DNA of 61,544 nucleotides from positions 1 through 61,544 of the IMG/VR virus record IMGVR_UViG_3300037010_000926. One strand, 5' to 3'. The notes beneath the pieces were generated by a model. That model was not told the origin of the DNA and made no database searches. It saw only the letters and a list, made by a program, of their open reading frames with translations. Shown piece after piece: positions 8,613-18,485 of the stretch (the stretch's first letter is position 1; every line of letters begins with the position of its first letter). A program made the position numbers and the translations under genes. This DNA comes from a virus (lineage: Duplodnaviria; Caudoviricetes).

Positions 8613-8822
8613 CCCATCCAAGTTGTGCGGCCATAACACTATAAGAACGAGACAACGCAAGGCCTGAGCCCCGGGTCTATATGCCGAGCGGTGGCGACCA
8701 CGGAGCAGGGGAAAGCGGCCTGGCGGGTGAATACGAACAGGGCTAGGTAAGTAGTCAGGGGGGTGGGCGCTAACGCTTGACCGGGAGGTCGCGTTGCCCA
8801 TCTCCCTGGCAAAAGCTGAACA

Positions 8823-8850
8823 CTCCAACCTGGCGTCAATCATGGATCAT
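8823..8850 (+). promoter_or_regulatory. Putative late promoter (CTCCAACCT-N13-GATCAT)
   Basis: Same motif and spacing recur before several late genes. Confidence 0.6.
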
Positions 8851-8872
8851 CTTCCGTATACCGGAGATGCCC

Positions 8873-9952
8873 ATGTCATCCAGCAATCCCAGGCGCGACT
8901 TCCTCACAGGCCCCAGCAACGCCCAGCTTGACGCGGGTGCCATTGGCACCTTGGCGGCCGACTCATCGGGCAGGCTGGTCGACCTGGACGGCAATGTCAT
9001 GGGGGCGCCGGCCAGCTTCAACAGCTCGGGCCGGCTGATCCTTCCCAGTGGTGGCGTGGCAGGTGCGCCGCCTGCCAACGGTGAGGCCGATGTCTTGCGC
9101 CTGGCCCAGGGTGGCGCACGCGGCACGCTGGCGCTGAGCTGCTACTTCCCGCTCGATGACGGCACTGGCGCCACTGCCAATGGCTACCCCAATGACACCC
9201 CCTTGACGCTGGCCGGTGGCATTGGCTGGGGGCCACAGCGAGGGCTCAACTTCAACGGTGCTGGCTACGCCCAGGTCGACCCGTCTGTCTCGCAAACCCT
9301 GCTGCGCTCCATCTTCAACCTGGACAGCCTGACCACCAGCGAGATGGTGATGTTCTACGGGGTGTTCACCCACGGTCTGTCGCTCACCGGCACGTCCACG
9401 ATCTTCGCCTGGGGTCGCACAGCGGGGTCCAACCCAGAAGGCTGGGGCCTGGAGGTCACCAACGCGCTGAACATGCGCTTTCGCCATCAGGGGCTGGGTG
9501 GGTCGACGACGTTCATCGGGCTGGGCATGACCAACCTGAACCAGTCGGACGCCAGCAACAACAACACCCAGACCGCCATCGCGGGGGCGGTCAGCCGGGC
9601 CGCCAACGGTGACCTGGAGCTGATGATTGCCACGCGCTTCCTGTCCAACCCTGGTCCTCCGGTCGCCGGCCTACTTCCTGGCGGCGTGAACCGCACCCAG
9701 GTGCTCACCCCGCTGGCCAAGCCAGGTGGCGCCAGCCGGTCCTGCCGCTACGTCTCTGACGTGTCCTTGACCTTGGGTGCCTTCCCCGGCACCGGCCCAG
9801 CCAGTGTCAACAACATCATGCCGGCCGGCACCGCCCTCTACGGCTGGGGCTTCGATCGCCGGCCACGGCACCCGGCACTGCTCTATCGCGTCGTGCGTGA
9901 GCTGTCCCAGTCCACCTACATCCGCCCGGCCTCGGCCAACGTCATCTCCTGA
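8873..9952 (+). CDS. Putative virion protein with LamG/concanavalin-like domain
   Basis: YFPLDDGTGATA...GLNFNGAGYAQV; G/S/T-rich beta content. Confidence 0.55.
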   Translation: MSSSNPRRDFLTGPSNAQLDAGAIGTLAADSSGRLVDLDGNVMGAPASFNSSGRLILPSGGVAGAPPANGEADVLRLAQGGARGTLALSCYFPLDDGTGATANGYPNDTPLTLAGGIGWGPQRGLNFNGAGYAQVDPSVSQTLLRSIFNLDSLTTSEMVMFYGVFTHGLSLTGTSTIFAWGRTAGSNPEGWGLEVTNALNMRFRHQGLGGSTTFIGLGMTNLNQSDASNNNTQTAIAGAVSRAANGDLELMIATRFLSNPGPPVAGLLPGGVNRTQVLTPLAKPGGASRSCRYVSDVSLTLGAFPGTGPASVNNIMPAGTALYGWGFDRRPRHPALLYRVVRELSQSTYIRPASANVIS

Positions 9953-9961
9953 GGCTACGCC

Positions 9962-12073
9962 ATGCAAGCAAGCCGCCCCCTTCTGGTCTATTCCTGCACC
10001 CGGATCCAGACCGCGCTATCGCTGTCGGTCCTGCTGGGCTTCAACCCGGTGGACACCTTCTGCCTGGGCGACGACGTGTACCTGGAGCAGGTGTTCGGCT
10101 CGACCACCGACCACTTCTATGGCCGCTACAGCGACTCGATCAGCGCGCCAGCCGGCGCTGGTGTGGGGGTTACGGTGGGCGCGGCAGTCAATGGCGCGCT
10201 GCCTGCTGGCGCTGCCACGGTGATTGCGGGCGGCGCGGGCTATCCAGCCGCAGGCGCCATTGGCTCACTGTCGGGTTGCACGATCAGCGCCTTTTTCCTG
10301 CCCATCGGTGGCCTGCAGCCTGGCCAGATCCCGGCCTCAGGCACGATCACCACGGACGGCACGCGGGCTGTGGTGAGTGCCAACGTGTACCACGGAGGCA
10401 CGCTCTACGACAACGTGGGCAGCGCCACCCAGATGCGTGTGGTGGCGAGCTGCAACCGTGAATACTGGCCATTGAAGTGGGCTCACCAGAAGGCTGGCGC
10501 CGAATGGGCTTTGCTGCAGGCTATGCGTGCGGCGGGCATGAAGCTCTACTGCATGTTCGACGATCACGAGCTGATCTCGAACCTGACCTTCGCCTCCACT
10601 GATCTGACCAGCCGCAGCGGTGGCGGCGCCCCGTGGTGGCAAAGCATGAGTGGCCAGACCAACCTGCTCAACTTCTGGCGCGAAGCCGTGGCGGGCTTCG
10701 GGCTGACCAGCGCGCTCTACTACGACAACCCCACACCCCAAGACAACCCGACCGACATTCCGGCTGGCCTGGTGGGGGCGCCTGGCGTAACGCCCAACGA
10801 CTTCAAGATCCGTTACCACTACGTCGATTACGGGGCGAAGATGGTGCGCGGCGGCAAGCTGCTGCGTGTCATGCAGTTCGACACAATGAGCTTCAAGTCG
10901 CCTTACAACGCGACTGACGACGGCACGGGCACCAGCGGCAAGACCATGCTGGGCTTCACCCAGATGCGCTGGGCCATCGAGAAGACCAAGGAGGCCAAGG
11001 CCCTGGGCATGAGTGTGGTCTGGCTCATGCCCAAGGATCCCGCCAACTTCGACAACGGGGATTCGTGGCGCGGCACGGGCGGCGGCGCCCTGGGTTACAA
11101 CGGGGAGTGGAACTACCTGCTGGGCCAGATCGAAGCGCTGGATCTGCCGGTGGCAGCCGTCCTGGGCGGCGACAGGCACCAGCCGCACGCGGCCTGGTTC
11201 GACATCCGCAACGGTGACGCTGGCTCACTGCTGACGCTGTGCCCCTGCCCGCTGGGCGCCGACCCGGCCGGCATGTCACCCTACCCGCAAAACATCTACG
11301 TCAACCGCGACCCGGATGTGTGCGTGGCTGGCCTGGTGTCCTTGCTGGATGATGCGGTGCGGGTCCAGATCGTGGATGCCCACACCGGCAAAGAGATGTT
11401 CGGTGCCGATGTGCCGTTGGGCCAGCGCCGGCCGCGCGAGATCCGCTGCGTGTCCCCTGATCCGCAAAAGCCGCTGACCATCCCATCGGTTTACGCCTAT
11501 GAGGGCACCTGGGCGCTGCGGCCCACCTCAGGCATTGCGCTCAACGCCAAGGCCTATTTCCGCGACATCGGCCCCAACGGCAGTGTCTGGAGCTGGGACG
11601 GCACCTACTGGGCGCCTCTGCAGCCGGTGGTGCTCTACCGGGGTTCGGGCAACCTGGCCAACTACCTGGCCACCCTGAGTGCCGTATCTGGCACTTTTGT
11701 GGCACCCGGCAGCGTCCCGGCTGGAATGTTCATCAAGCCCGGCATGTGCCTGGAGGTGGACGCCGACCTGGTTCGCACGACCGCCATTGCCACCAGCGAC
11801 CTGAACGTGACACTGGGCGGTGTGATCGTCGAGACGTACACCACCACCGCCACCGCTAGCTTGCACGTTCGCCTCAACACCAACGTCTGGTGCCGTACCT
11901 CGGCATCGCAATTGGCTGAGGGCAACACCCCGCCCGGCGGATCCGGCGTGTCGACGTTCTCGGACAAGACGATCAACTTCGCCAACGCGGCGGCTTTCGC
12001 CTTGTCACTGGCCAACGCCAGTGCCAGCGACACCCACCGCCTGGTGACCTACAGCCTGATCCTCTACCCGTAA
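9962..12073 (+). CDS. PhoD-like metallophosphatase with fibre-like C-terminal domain
   Basis: LGDDVYLE, MFDDHE, FDTMSFKS, TMLGFTQMRW, DSW, GGDRH in PhoD motif order. Confidence 0.75.
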   Translation: MQASRPLLVYSCTRIQTALSLSVLLGFNPVDTFCLGDDVYLEQVFGSTTDHFYGRYSDSISAPAGAGVGVTVGAAVNGALPAGAATVIAGGAGYPAAGAIGSLSGCTISAFFLPIGGLQPGQIPASGTITTDGTRAVVSANVYHGGTLYDNVGSATQMRVVASCNREYWPLKWAHQKAGAEWALLQAMRAAGMKLYCMFDDHELISNLTFASTDLTSRSGGGAPWWQSMSGQTNLLNFWREAVAGFGLTSALYYDNPTPQDNPTDIPAGLVGAPGVTPNDFKIRYHYVDYGAKMVRGGKLLRVMQFDTMSFKSPYNATDDGTGTSGKTMLGFTQMRWAIEKTKEAKALGMSVVWLMPKDPANFDNGDSWRGTGGGALGYNGEWNYLLGQIEALDLPVAAVLGGDRHQPHAAWFDIRNGDAGSLLTLCPCPLGADPAGMSPYPQNIYVNRDPDVCVAGLVSLLDDAVRVQIVDAHTGKEMFGADVPLGQRRPREIRCVSPDPQKPLTIPSVYAYEGTWALRPTSGIALNAKAYFRDIGPNGSVWSWDGTYWAPLQPVVLYRGSGNLANYLATLSAVSGTFVAPGSVPAGMFIKPGMCLEVDADLVRTTAIATSDLNVTLGGVIVETYTTTATASLHVRLNTNVWCRTSASQLAEGNTPPGGSGVSTFSDKTINFANAAAFALSLANASASDTHRLVTYSLILYP

Positions 12074-12101
12074 CTCCAACCTCGTCACCTGCTGACATCA
12101 T
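12074..12101 (+). promoter_or_regulatory. Putative late promoter (CTCCAACCT-N13-CATCAT, extended -10)
   Basis: Directly upstream of the portal gene. Confidence 0.6.
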
Positions 12102-12126
12102 CCCCGTGTAAACCACGCGGGATGCT

Positions 12127-14349
12127 ATGTCTACCATTGAGGGCTACCAGGGGATCCAAAAGCCAGAGCCCAATCTGTTTGGGGACGCTACCTTGGACGA
12201 TGGGATGGACCAGCAGGAGGTCCAGGACGCCGACCTGGACAGCGAGGAATCCCAGGCGCTGCTGCGCCAAATCCTGACCTGGCTCGCTCACGAACGCGAT
12301 CGCCAGTCTGCCAACCGGGTCGAGATGGCCCGGGACCACGACTTCTACGATGGCCTGCAGTGGACCGAGGCTGATGCCCAGGTGCTCAGCGATCGCGGCC
12401 AGGCGCCGCTGGTGTTCAACCAGGTCAAGGTCGCTGTGGACTGGCTGCTGGGCAGCGAGAAGCGCAACCGCGTGGACTGGCGTGTGCTTCCCCGCGAGGA
12501 AGACGACTTCGAGATGGCCACGGTCAAGACCAAGGTCTTGAAATACGTCAGCGACGTGAACCTGCTGCCGTTCGCGCGCAGCCAGGCCTTCGCCGAGGCG
12601 GCCATCGCGGGCATGTCCTGGCTGGAGGACAGCCTCAACTCCGACGCCACGGGAGACATCCTCTACTCTGGTTACGAGTCCTGGCGCAACTGCCTGGGGG
12701 ATTCGCACTCCAGGCGGCTCGACTACAAGGACGGTCGCTACCATTTCCGCTGGAAAGTCATGGACCTGGACGTGGCCCAGGCCATGTTCAAGACGCGCAA
12801 GGGGCAACTGGCCAAGGCGGCAATGAGTGCGTCCCAGATCGCGTCCGAGCTGGACAAGGAGCTGTGGTATCTCGGGGAGAACCTGTCCGAGACGACCATG
12901 AACGCCTCGGGCGACCGTGCCTACAACTCCGACATCAACACCGGCAACAACCGGCGCACGCGGGTGCGCGTGTTCGAGTGCTGGTACAAGATGCCCGAGG
13001 AAGTGCAGACGGTGAGCGGCGGCACCTTCCACGGGGAAAAGTTCGACCCGCAGCACGCCGGCATGGCCAAGTCCATCGACCAGGGCTACGCCGAGGTCAT
13101 CAAGAGCACGCGCCTGGTGATGAAGGTGATCTTCTTCACTGAGCGCGACGTGCTGGCCATGGGCGACAGCCCGTTCAAGCACAACGACTTCCCATTCACC
13201 CCGGTCTACTGCTTCCGTCGTGGCCGCGACATGGCGCCCTACGGCTACGTGCGCAACATGCGCGATGCTCAGGATGACCTGAACAAGCGCATGAGCAAGT
13301 CGCTGTTCCTGCTGTCGGTAAACCAGATCATCACCGAGGTCAACGCCTTCGACACCGAGGGTGAGTACACCCTGGAAAACGCGATCGAGAACGCATCCAA
13401 CCCGCAGGGCGTGTTCGTCCTGAAGGATGGGAACAAGAAGTTCGAGATCCGCCGCGACTTCGCCGAGATCAATGGCCAGCACCAGCAGATCGAGCTGGAC
13501 ATGCGCTTCATGCAGACCGGCTCGGGCATCACCGATGAGCTGCTGGGCCGCAAGACCAACGCCGTGTCTGGCAAGGCGGTGGAGGCCCGCCAGGACCAGG
13601 GCTCGATGACCACTTCGGGCATCTTCGACACCTACCGGCTGGCCATCAACATCTCTGGCCAGAAGCAGCTCAGCAACAGCGAGAAGTTCTACAGCACGCC
13701 CAAGGTGATCCGGCTGACCCAGTGGGCGCCATCGGTCCCTGACCAGCCCACACCAGAGAACCCTAAGCCCGCCGGCACGGGGCTGGACTGGGTTCGCATC
13801 AATCAGCCCGAGGTGCAGCCTGACGGCAGCGTGCGCTTCCTCAATGACATGACCGCGAGCGTGGCTGACTTCATCGTGGACGAGCAGGACTTCCGGGCCA
13901 ACATGCGCCAGGCGATGTTCGAGAGCCTGTCGGCCATGCTCGACACGATCGGCAAGTTCTCGCCGCAATTCGCCGTCTCGATGCTGGACATGGTGGTCGA
14001 CCTGGCCGACTTCCCTGGCAAGGAGGGCATGGTCCAGCGGCTCAAGCAGCTCATCGCCGAGGCGCGTGGCGAGACGCCGGCTGCGCAGCAGGCTGCCGTG
14101 GCGCAGCAGGCTGAGCTGGCCAAGAAGTCCAACCTCCAGGACCAGGCCACCGCGACCTCGATCGTCAAGGATCAGACCGCTGCTGACCTGAACGATGCCA
14201 AGGCCGACCAGATCCGCACCTCGCTGATCCCGGGCGCTGTGGCGCTGGATCCGCAGCGCACGCCTGAGCCCACGGCGGGGGCTGCGTCCGCGTCCACCCC
14301 GACGCCTACCCCGACGCCTACCCCGGCGCCACCGCCGCAGGTAGCTTGA
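12127..14349 (+). CDS. Portal protein (P22-like)
   Basis: DHDFYDGLQW...RGQAPLVFNQVK, PYGYVRNMRDAQDDLNKR, NAVSGKAVEARQDQG. Confidence 0.9.
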   Translation: MSTIEGYQGIQKPEPNLFGDATLDDGMDQQEVQDADLDSEESQALLRQILTWLAHERDRQSANRVEMARDHDFYDGLQWTEADAQVLSDRGQAPLVFNQVKVAVDWLLGSEKRNRVDWRVLPREEDDFEMATVKTKVLKYVSDVNLLPFARSQAFAEAAIAGMSWLEDSLNSDATGDILYSGYESWRNCLGDSHSRRLDYKDGRYHFRWKVMDLDVAQAMFKTRKGQLAKAAMSASQIASELDKELWYLGENLSETTMNASGDRAYNSDINTGNNRRTRVRVFECWYKMPEEVQTVSGGTFHGEKFDPQHAGMAKSIDQGYAEVIKSTRLVMKVIFFTERDVLAMGDSPFKHNDFPFTPVYCFRRGRDMAPYGYVRNMRDAQDDLNKRMSKSLFLLSVNQIITEVNAFDTEGEYTLENAIENASNPQGVFVLKDGNKKFEIRRDFAEINGQHQQIELDMRFMQTGSGITDELLGRKTNAVSGKAVEARQDQGSMTTSGIFDTYRLAINISGQKQLSNSEKFYSTPKVIRLTQWAPSVPDQPTPENPKPAGTGLDWVRINQPEVQPDGSVRFLNDMTASVADFIVDEQDFRANMRQAMFESLSAMLDTIGKFSPQFAVSMLDMVVDLADFPGKEGMVQRLKQLIAEARGETPAAQQAAVAQQAELAKKSNLQDQATATSIVKDQTAADLNDAKADQIRTSLIPGAVALDPQRTPEPTAGAASASTPTPTPTPTPAPPPQVA

Positions 14350-14350
14350 G

Positions 14351-14770
14351 ATGCCGCAGGTTTTCCTGGCCCGATCCTCATGGCCAAACTCACCCTACCT
14401 GGGCACCCAGGTCACGGTCTTCGACGAGAACGACGTGCCAGGCCTGTGGACGGGTCGCGGCTACGCGCCCGAGGATTCGACCCAGGCCATCCCGCTGTAT
14501 GGCGACTACGCCCTCAAGGCGACGGATGCTGACAGCAGGTTTGCCGCCATGGTGGCGTTGACCTTGACCATCCCGGCGGGGCTGTCACCCATGCCGAGCT
14601 GCATCGTGTTGGCTCCCCCTGATCCCGGGATCGTGACGCTCAATTTCACGGGCGGCGCCAAGGGCAACGGCAGCGTGGCATCCATCGGGCGTATGCGCAA
14701 CGCCAACCCGGCCGGCGTGGGCATCGTGGCGCTCTACGAACAAGACCAGTACGGCATCACCGGGGTCTGA
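14351..14770 (+). CDS. Hypothetical (virion-associated?) protein
   Basis: ORF directly after the portal. Confidence 0.7.
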   Translation: MPQVFLARSSWPNSPYLGTQVTVFDENDVPGLWTGRGYAPEDSTQAIPLYGDYALKATDADSRFAAMVALTLTIPAGLSPMPSCIVLAPPDPGIVTLNFTGGAKGNGSVASIGRMRNANPAGVGIVALYEQDQYGITGV

Positions 14771-14772
14771 TC

Positions 14773-16791
14773 GTGGGCAAAAAGATCGACCGGCTGCTGC
14801 TGACGCTGCTGGACACGCCAGTGGTCCAGGTCGACTTTTCCCAGGTCCACCAGCAGCCGCTGCTGCACAGCCGCCTGGGCTTTGCCCAGAACCTGCTCAG
14901 CCTGGGTGGCCTGCTGGAGGGCTCTGTGCCCTACCTGCTGGCGCTGGGTGCCAACCACTTCTGCGGTGCGGCCGAGGGGGACGCCTACTTCAAGAACGGC
15001 CCGATTTTCCTGCCGTTCCTGAACGCGACCTATGACGTGACCGGGCGCGCGATCTCCATGACCACGACGCCTCCGAGCTTGGTCACCGACTGGCCCACGA
15101 TGTTGCGGGCCATTGGTTGCCGGGCTGGCATCGAGATCATTGGCGAGACGCCACAGACACAGCGCCTGTACTCCAGCGGCGCCAGGCGTCACCCGGATTG
15201 CGTTGACATCGCCAGCAGCGCCGCCACCTGGGCGCAGTTCATCAAGTACGGCAACTGGAACGTGTACGTTGACTGGTTCATCGGCAACGAGTGGTTGCGG
15301 ACCATGCTCGACATCGACCAGGGCATCGGCTTCAACACGGACGGCAGCACCTACACCTTTGCCGAGACGGTTGACCAGTACACCCTGCGCCGCCAAACCA
15401 TGAAGGAGCTGGCTGTCACAGTGGAGGGCGCCAAGTTTCTGGGCATGTACTCAACGGCTGGTGGCCTGGGCGTAGGCAAGTGGAGCACCGCCAACGCGGG
15501 GCCGCACGTCAACGGTGACCAGCGCACTTTCAGCGACAGGTCCATGCTCGATGGCCGCTCGGCCCGCAAGGGCTGGTGGGACTTCTACAACGCCAACATC
15601 CTGACAGCCAGCCAGGTGGCGCTGGCTGCGTATGTGGCCTGCAACGACTTCAAGAACCGCGCCAACAACATGGTGGCCGGTGACGTGAATGACTTCGGCG
15701 GCCTGGACGTGCTGTTCTACATCACGCAATGCGCGCCGTCGCTGCTGAAGGTCACCACCGCTGACGACGACGGTGGCGGTGAGGGCGGCCCACCGTCCTC
15801 CGACACACGCATGGGGCCGGCGTGCGAGATGCTGACGATGATGGCGGCCGACACCTGGCTCAGCGCCCTGTCTGTTCGCTGCTGGTCCTACTGGGTGGGG
15901 GGCCAGGATGCCTTCCTGACCTACGTCAGCCCAGGCGTCTACACCATCAACCACCGCTACACCGCGATGCAAATGTGGGTCAGCGTGCCGTCGCGCCGCG
16001 TGCCCGTGACCAAGGTGTGCCAGGTGCCGCTGGCCGATGGCAGCCTCTACGGGGTGCAAGGTTTGATGGGCGTAGCCGGCATCGACCCTGGTGGCCAGAC
16101 CGCTTCCATCCTGCTGTGGAACGAGGGCAAGACCTCGGTGACGGTCAAGCTGCAGCCGATGTCTTTGCCTGGCCCGCTGGCTGGAGCAACACCCAGCCAC
16201 ATGGTCCTGGACGAGGACCACGCCCTGGGCACCAGCGGCACCTGGGATGGCGGCCCCATCACCTTGGCGCCGCGCACCATCCACCGCATCACCTGGAGTG
16301 TGGGCACCAGCCCGCACACCCGCCGCGATCCGCTGGACGACGGGGTGCACCTGCCGGTGTTCCAGCGCCGCTCGGATGCGTACAAGCGGCCCAAGGTGGC
16401 TGCCGCCAATACCTGCGCCGTCACGGGGGAGGCTTGGGTAATGCCCACCTCATCCAACTCAACGGCAATGGCAACGGGGGCGGCCTGGTCCAACGCGCCT
16501 GACAGCGTATGGCTGACCCTGTGGGTCCACAACCTGGACCTCGGATCGGCCCAGGTCAAGGCCACCTGCGACTACGGCAGCGGCCCGGTGACTTTGCTGA
16601 ACACCACCGCCGGGGCGATCGCCGCCGGCCAGGTGACCCAGCTCAATCTTCTGGCCAGCGCGCCTGGTGGCTGGGCGGCTGGTGCGCGTGAGGCCGACAT
16701 CCAAGTGTCGTTGGGGGGTTCTTGCAACCAGCGCCTGGAGTGCTGGTTCAGCGGCACCCAGACCAAAGCAAATGCAGTGAAAGGGGCATGA
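14773..16791 (+). CDS. Putative glycoside-hydrolase-like virion protein
   Basis: WFIGNE (NE motif of clan GH-A); C-terminal beta-sandwich pattern ASILLWN...ITLAPRTIHRITW. Confidence 0.45.
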   Translation: MGKKIDRLLLTLLDTPVVQVDFSQVHQQPLLHSRLGFAQNLLSLGGLLEGSVPYLLALGANHFCGAAEGDAYFKNGPIFLPFLNATYDVTGRAISMTTTPPSLVTDWPTMLRAIGCRAGIEIIGETPQTQRLYSSGARRHPDCVDIASSAATWAQFIKYGNWNVYVDWFIGNEWLRTMLDIDQGIGFNTDGSTYTFAETVDQYTLRRQTMKELAVTVEGAKFLGMYSTAGGLGVGKWSTANAGPHVNGDQRTFSDRSMLDGRSARKGWWDFYNANILTASQVALAAYVACNDFKNRANNMVAGDVNDFGGLDVLFYITQCAPSLLKVTTADDDGGGEGGPPSSDTRMGPACEMLTMMAADTWLSALSVRCWSYWVGGQDAFLTYVSPGVYTINHRYTAMQMWVSVPSRRVPVTKVCQVPLADGSLYGVQGLMGVAGIDPGGQTASILLWNEGKTSVTVKLQPMSLPGPLAGATPSHMVLDEDHALGTSGTWDGGPITLAPRTIHRITWSVGTSPHTRRDPLDDGVHLPVFQRRSDAYKRPKVAAANTCAVTGEAWVMPTSSNSTAMATGAAWSNAPDSVWLTLWVHNLDLGSAQVKATCDYGSGPVTLLNTTAGAIAAGQVTQLNLLASAPGGWAAGAREADIQVSLGGSCNQRLECWFSGTQTKANAVKGA

Positions 16792-17030
16792 CCATGTTCG
16801 ACCAGGTTTTCTTGAATTGGCTGTTTGTAGCGGTGGGCGCAATGGGGGGATTCATCCTCAAAGCTACCTGGGACGCACTGGTCCAACTGCGTGAAGACAT
16901 GAGTGCGCTGCAAAAGTCCATTGCCGAAAGTTACGTCCGTCGAGACGATTTCAAGGACCACGCCCAGCGAGTGGTTGGCTTGCTCGATCGGATTTACGAA
17001 AAGCTGGAACACAAGGCGGACAAGCAATGA
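16788..17030 (+). CDS. Small membrane protein (holin/antiholin-like)
   Basis: One N-terminal TM segment, coiled coil, YVRRDDF...KLEHKADK; first gene of the lysis cluster. Confidence 0.65.
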   Translation: MTMFDQVFLNWLFVAVGAMGGFILKATWDALVQLREDMSALQKSIAESYVRRDDFKDHAQRVVGLLDRIYEKLEHKADKQ

Positions 17031-17965
17031 AACGACTCATTCGCGACGTTTGGCGCACCGTGGCGCCTATCCTGGCCGGCGTGGCACTGATGCACTGGGC
17101 TGAGCCTGTCGGCTTGGCCACTGGCATCTCCAGCCTGGCCCCATTGATGATGATGACGGGGCTGTCGCTTGGCGCCATCGGCGCTGTTCACCCGCTGCGC
17201 AGGCTGCTGTTCATGGGCCTGGACATGCGCGAGTTCGCCAGCAAGGCCAAGGAGACGCCGATCTCCTCGGCGCTGGTGTTCGTGGGTATGTGCATCGTGG
17301 TGGCGGCGATGCTGTCGGTGCTAGGCCCCTCGGCCCGAGCCGCTGAGCTGCCGCCCAACGCCAGGCTGTACCTGCCGGTGCTGATCCAGGAGCAACAGCA
17401 GTGGTGGTCACTGGGCGACGTGAGTGTGATGGCTGCTCAGGTGGAGCAGGAAACGTGCATCACCCTCAAGCACAGCAAGTGCTGGAGCCCGCGTGCTGAG
17501 CTGCGCACCTCGCGCGAGCGAGGGGTGGGCCTGGGGCAGATCACCAAGACGGCTCGCTTCGACGCGCTGGCTGAGATGCGTGCAGCCAACCCGCAGGCGC
17601 TGGCGGCCTGGTCCTGGGACTCGCCCAACCTGTATGACCCACGGCTGCAGCTCACCGCCCTGGTGCTGATGGACCGGCGCAACTACACCACCATCCAGGG
17701 CGCCGCCACCGAGCTGGACCACCAGGCAATGATGCTGGTGGCATACAACGCCGGCCCGGGGCGCGTCATCAGCGACCGAGCCATGTGTGGGGCAACGCCT
17801 GCCTGCGACAGGCGCCGCTGGTTCGACAACGCCGAGCACACCTCGGTGCTGCCCAAGCAGCCCGCCTCAGGGTATGGCCAGAGCTTCTACGCAATTTCAC
17901 GCCACTACCCGCGCGCCATCCTGTTCGATCGCCGGCCACGCTACGTCCAAGGGGATGTGCTGTGA
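17027..17965 (+). CDS. Endolysin: lytic transglycosylase with multi-TM N-terminus
   Basis: AAQVEQET (catalytic E), GVGLGQIT, VAYNAGPG; three hydrophobic segments in the first ~100 aa. Confidence 0.8.
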   Translation: MKRLIRDVWRTVAPILAGVALMHWAEPVGLATGISSLAPLMMMTGLSLGAIGAVHPLRRLLFMGLDMREFASKAKETPISSALVFVGMCIVVAAMLSVLGPSARAAELPPNARLYLPVLIQEQQQWWSLGDVSVMAAQVEQETCITLKHSKCWSPRAELRTSRERGVGLGQITKTARFDALAEMRAANPQALAAWSWDSPNLYDPRLQLTALVLMDRRNYTTIQGAATELDHQAMMLVAYNAGPGRVISDRAMCGATPACDRRRWFDNAEHTSVLPKQPASGYGQSFYAISRHYPRAILFDRRPRYVQGDVL

Positions 17966-18468
17966 CCGGCTTTGCTGTGAGGGCTGTGCTGGCGCTGGTA
18001 GCCAGCCTGCTGCTGGGCTCAGGCCTGGCCTACGTAGCCCATCAGCAGCGCGACATCGGCCGCGCCGAGATCCAGTCCCAGTGGGATGCAGCCAAGGCCA
18101 AGGCCAACGCTGACGCCCTTATCCAGACCCAGCAATGGGCCGCCAACCAGAAGGAGATCCAACGTGTTACTTCGCTCTCTCGCACTCTTGCTGATGATGA
18201 TGCTCGTGCTGCCGCTGCTGTCAGCTTGCGGCACATCGCCGCCGACTTCGCCGCCCGATCTGCAGCCAGTCGCCCCGCCCCTGAGCCCGGAATCGCGCCA
18301 GCCGCCCCTCCCGAAGTGGTGCTCGCCGACGTGCTCGGCGGGGTTGATGAAGCTGCGGGAGAGCTGGCGCACTCGCTTGACCTTGCCTACGTCGCGGGAG
18401 TGAGCTGCGAGCACGAATACAGCTCGGCAACTTCACGACTCCAACCTCAGCCAGGTTCGGGACACTGA
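17962..18468 (+). CDS. Rz-like inner-membrane spanin
   Basis: N-terminal TM, helical body, C-terminal AGVSCEHEY. Confidence 0.8.
   Translation: MTGFAVRAVLALVASLLLGSGLAYVAHQQRDIGRAEIQSQWDAAKAKANADALIQTQQWAANQKEIQRVTSLSRTLADDDARAAAAVSLRHIAADFAARSAASRPAPEPGIAPAAPPEVVLADVLGGVDEAAGELAHSLDLAYVAGVSCEHEYSSATSRLQPQPGSGH
18164..18403 (+). CDS. Rz1-like outer-membrane lipoprotein spanin, nested in Rz
   Basis: AAGGAG RBS, lipobox LSAC, Pro-rich mature part, +1 frame inside Rz. Confidence 0.85.
   Translation: MLLRSLALLLMMMLVLPLLSACGTSPPTSPPDLQPVAPPLSPESRQPPLPKWCSPTCSAGLMKLRESWRTRLTLPTSRE
18439..18466 (+). promoter_or_regulatory. Putative late promoter (CTCCAACCT-N13-GACACT)
   Basis: Upstream of the scaffold-region genes. 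Confidence 0.6.
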
Positions 18469-18485
18469 GGTTTTTGGAGTGCGTC

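Noticed and set aside
14296-14330. 12-bp tandem repeat (PTPT) at the portal C-terminus
   Set aside because: Ordinary low-complexity linker
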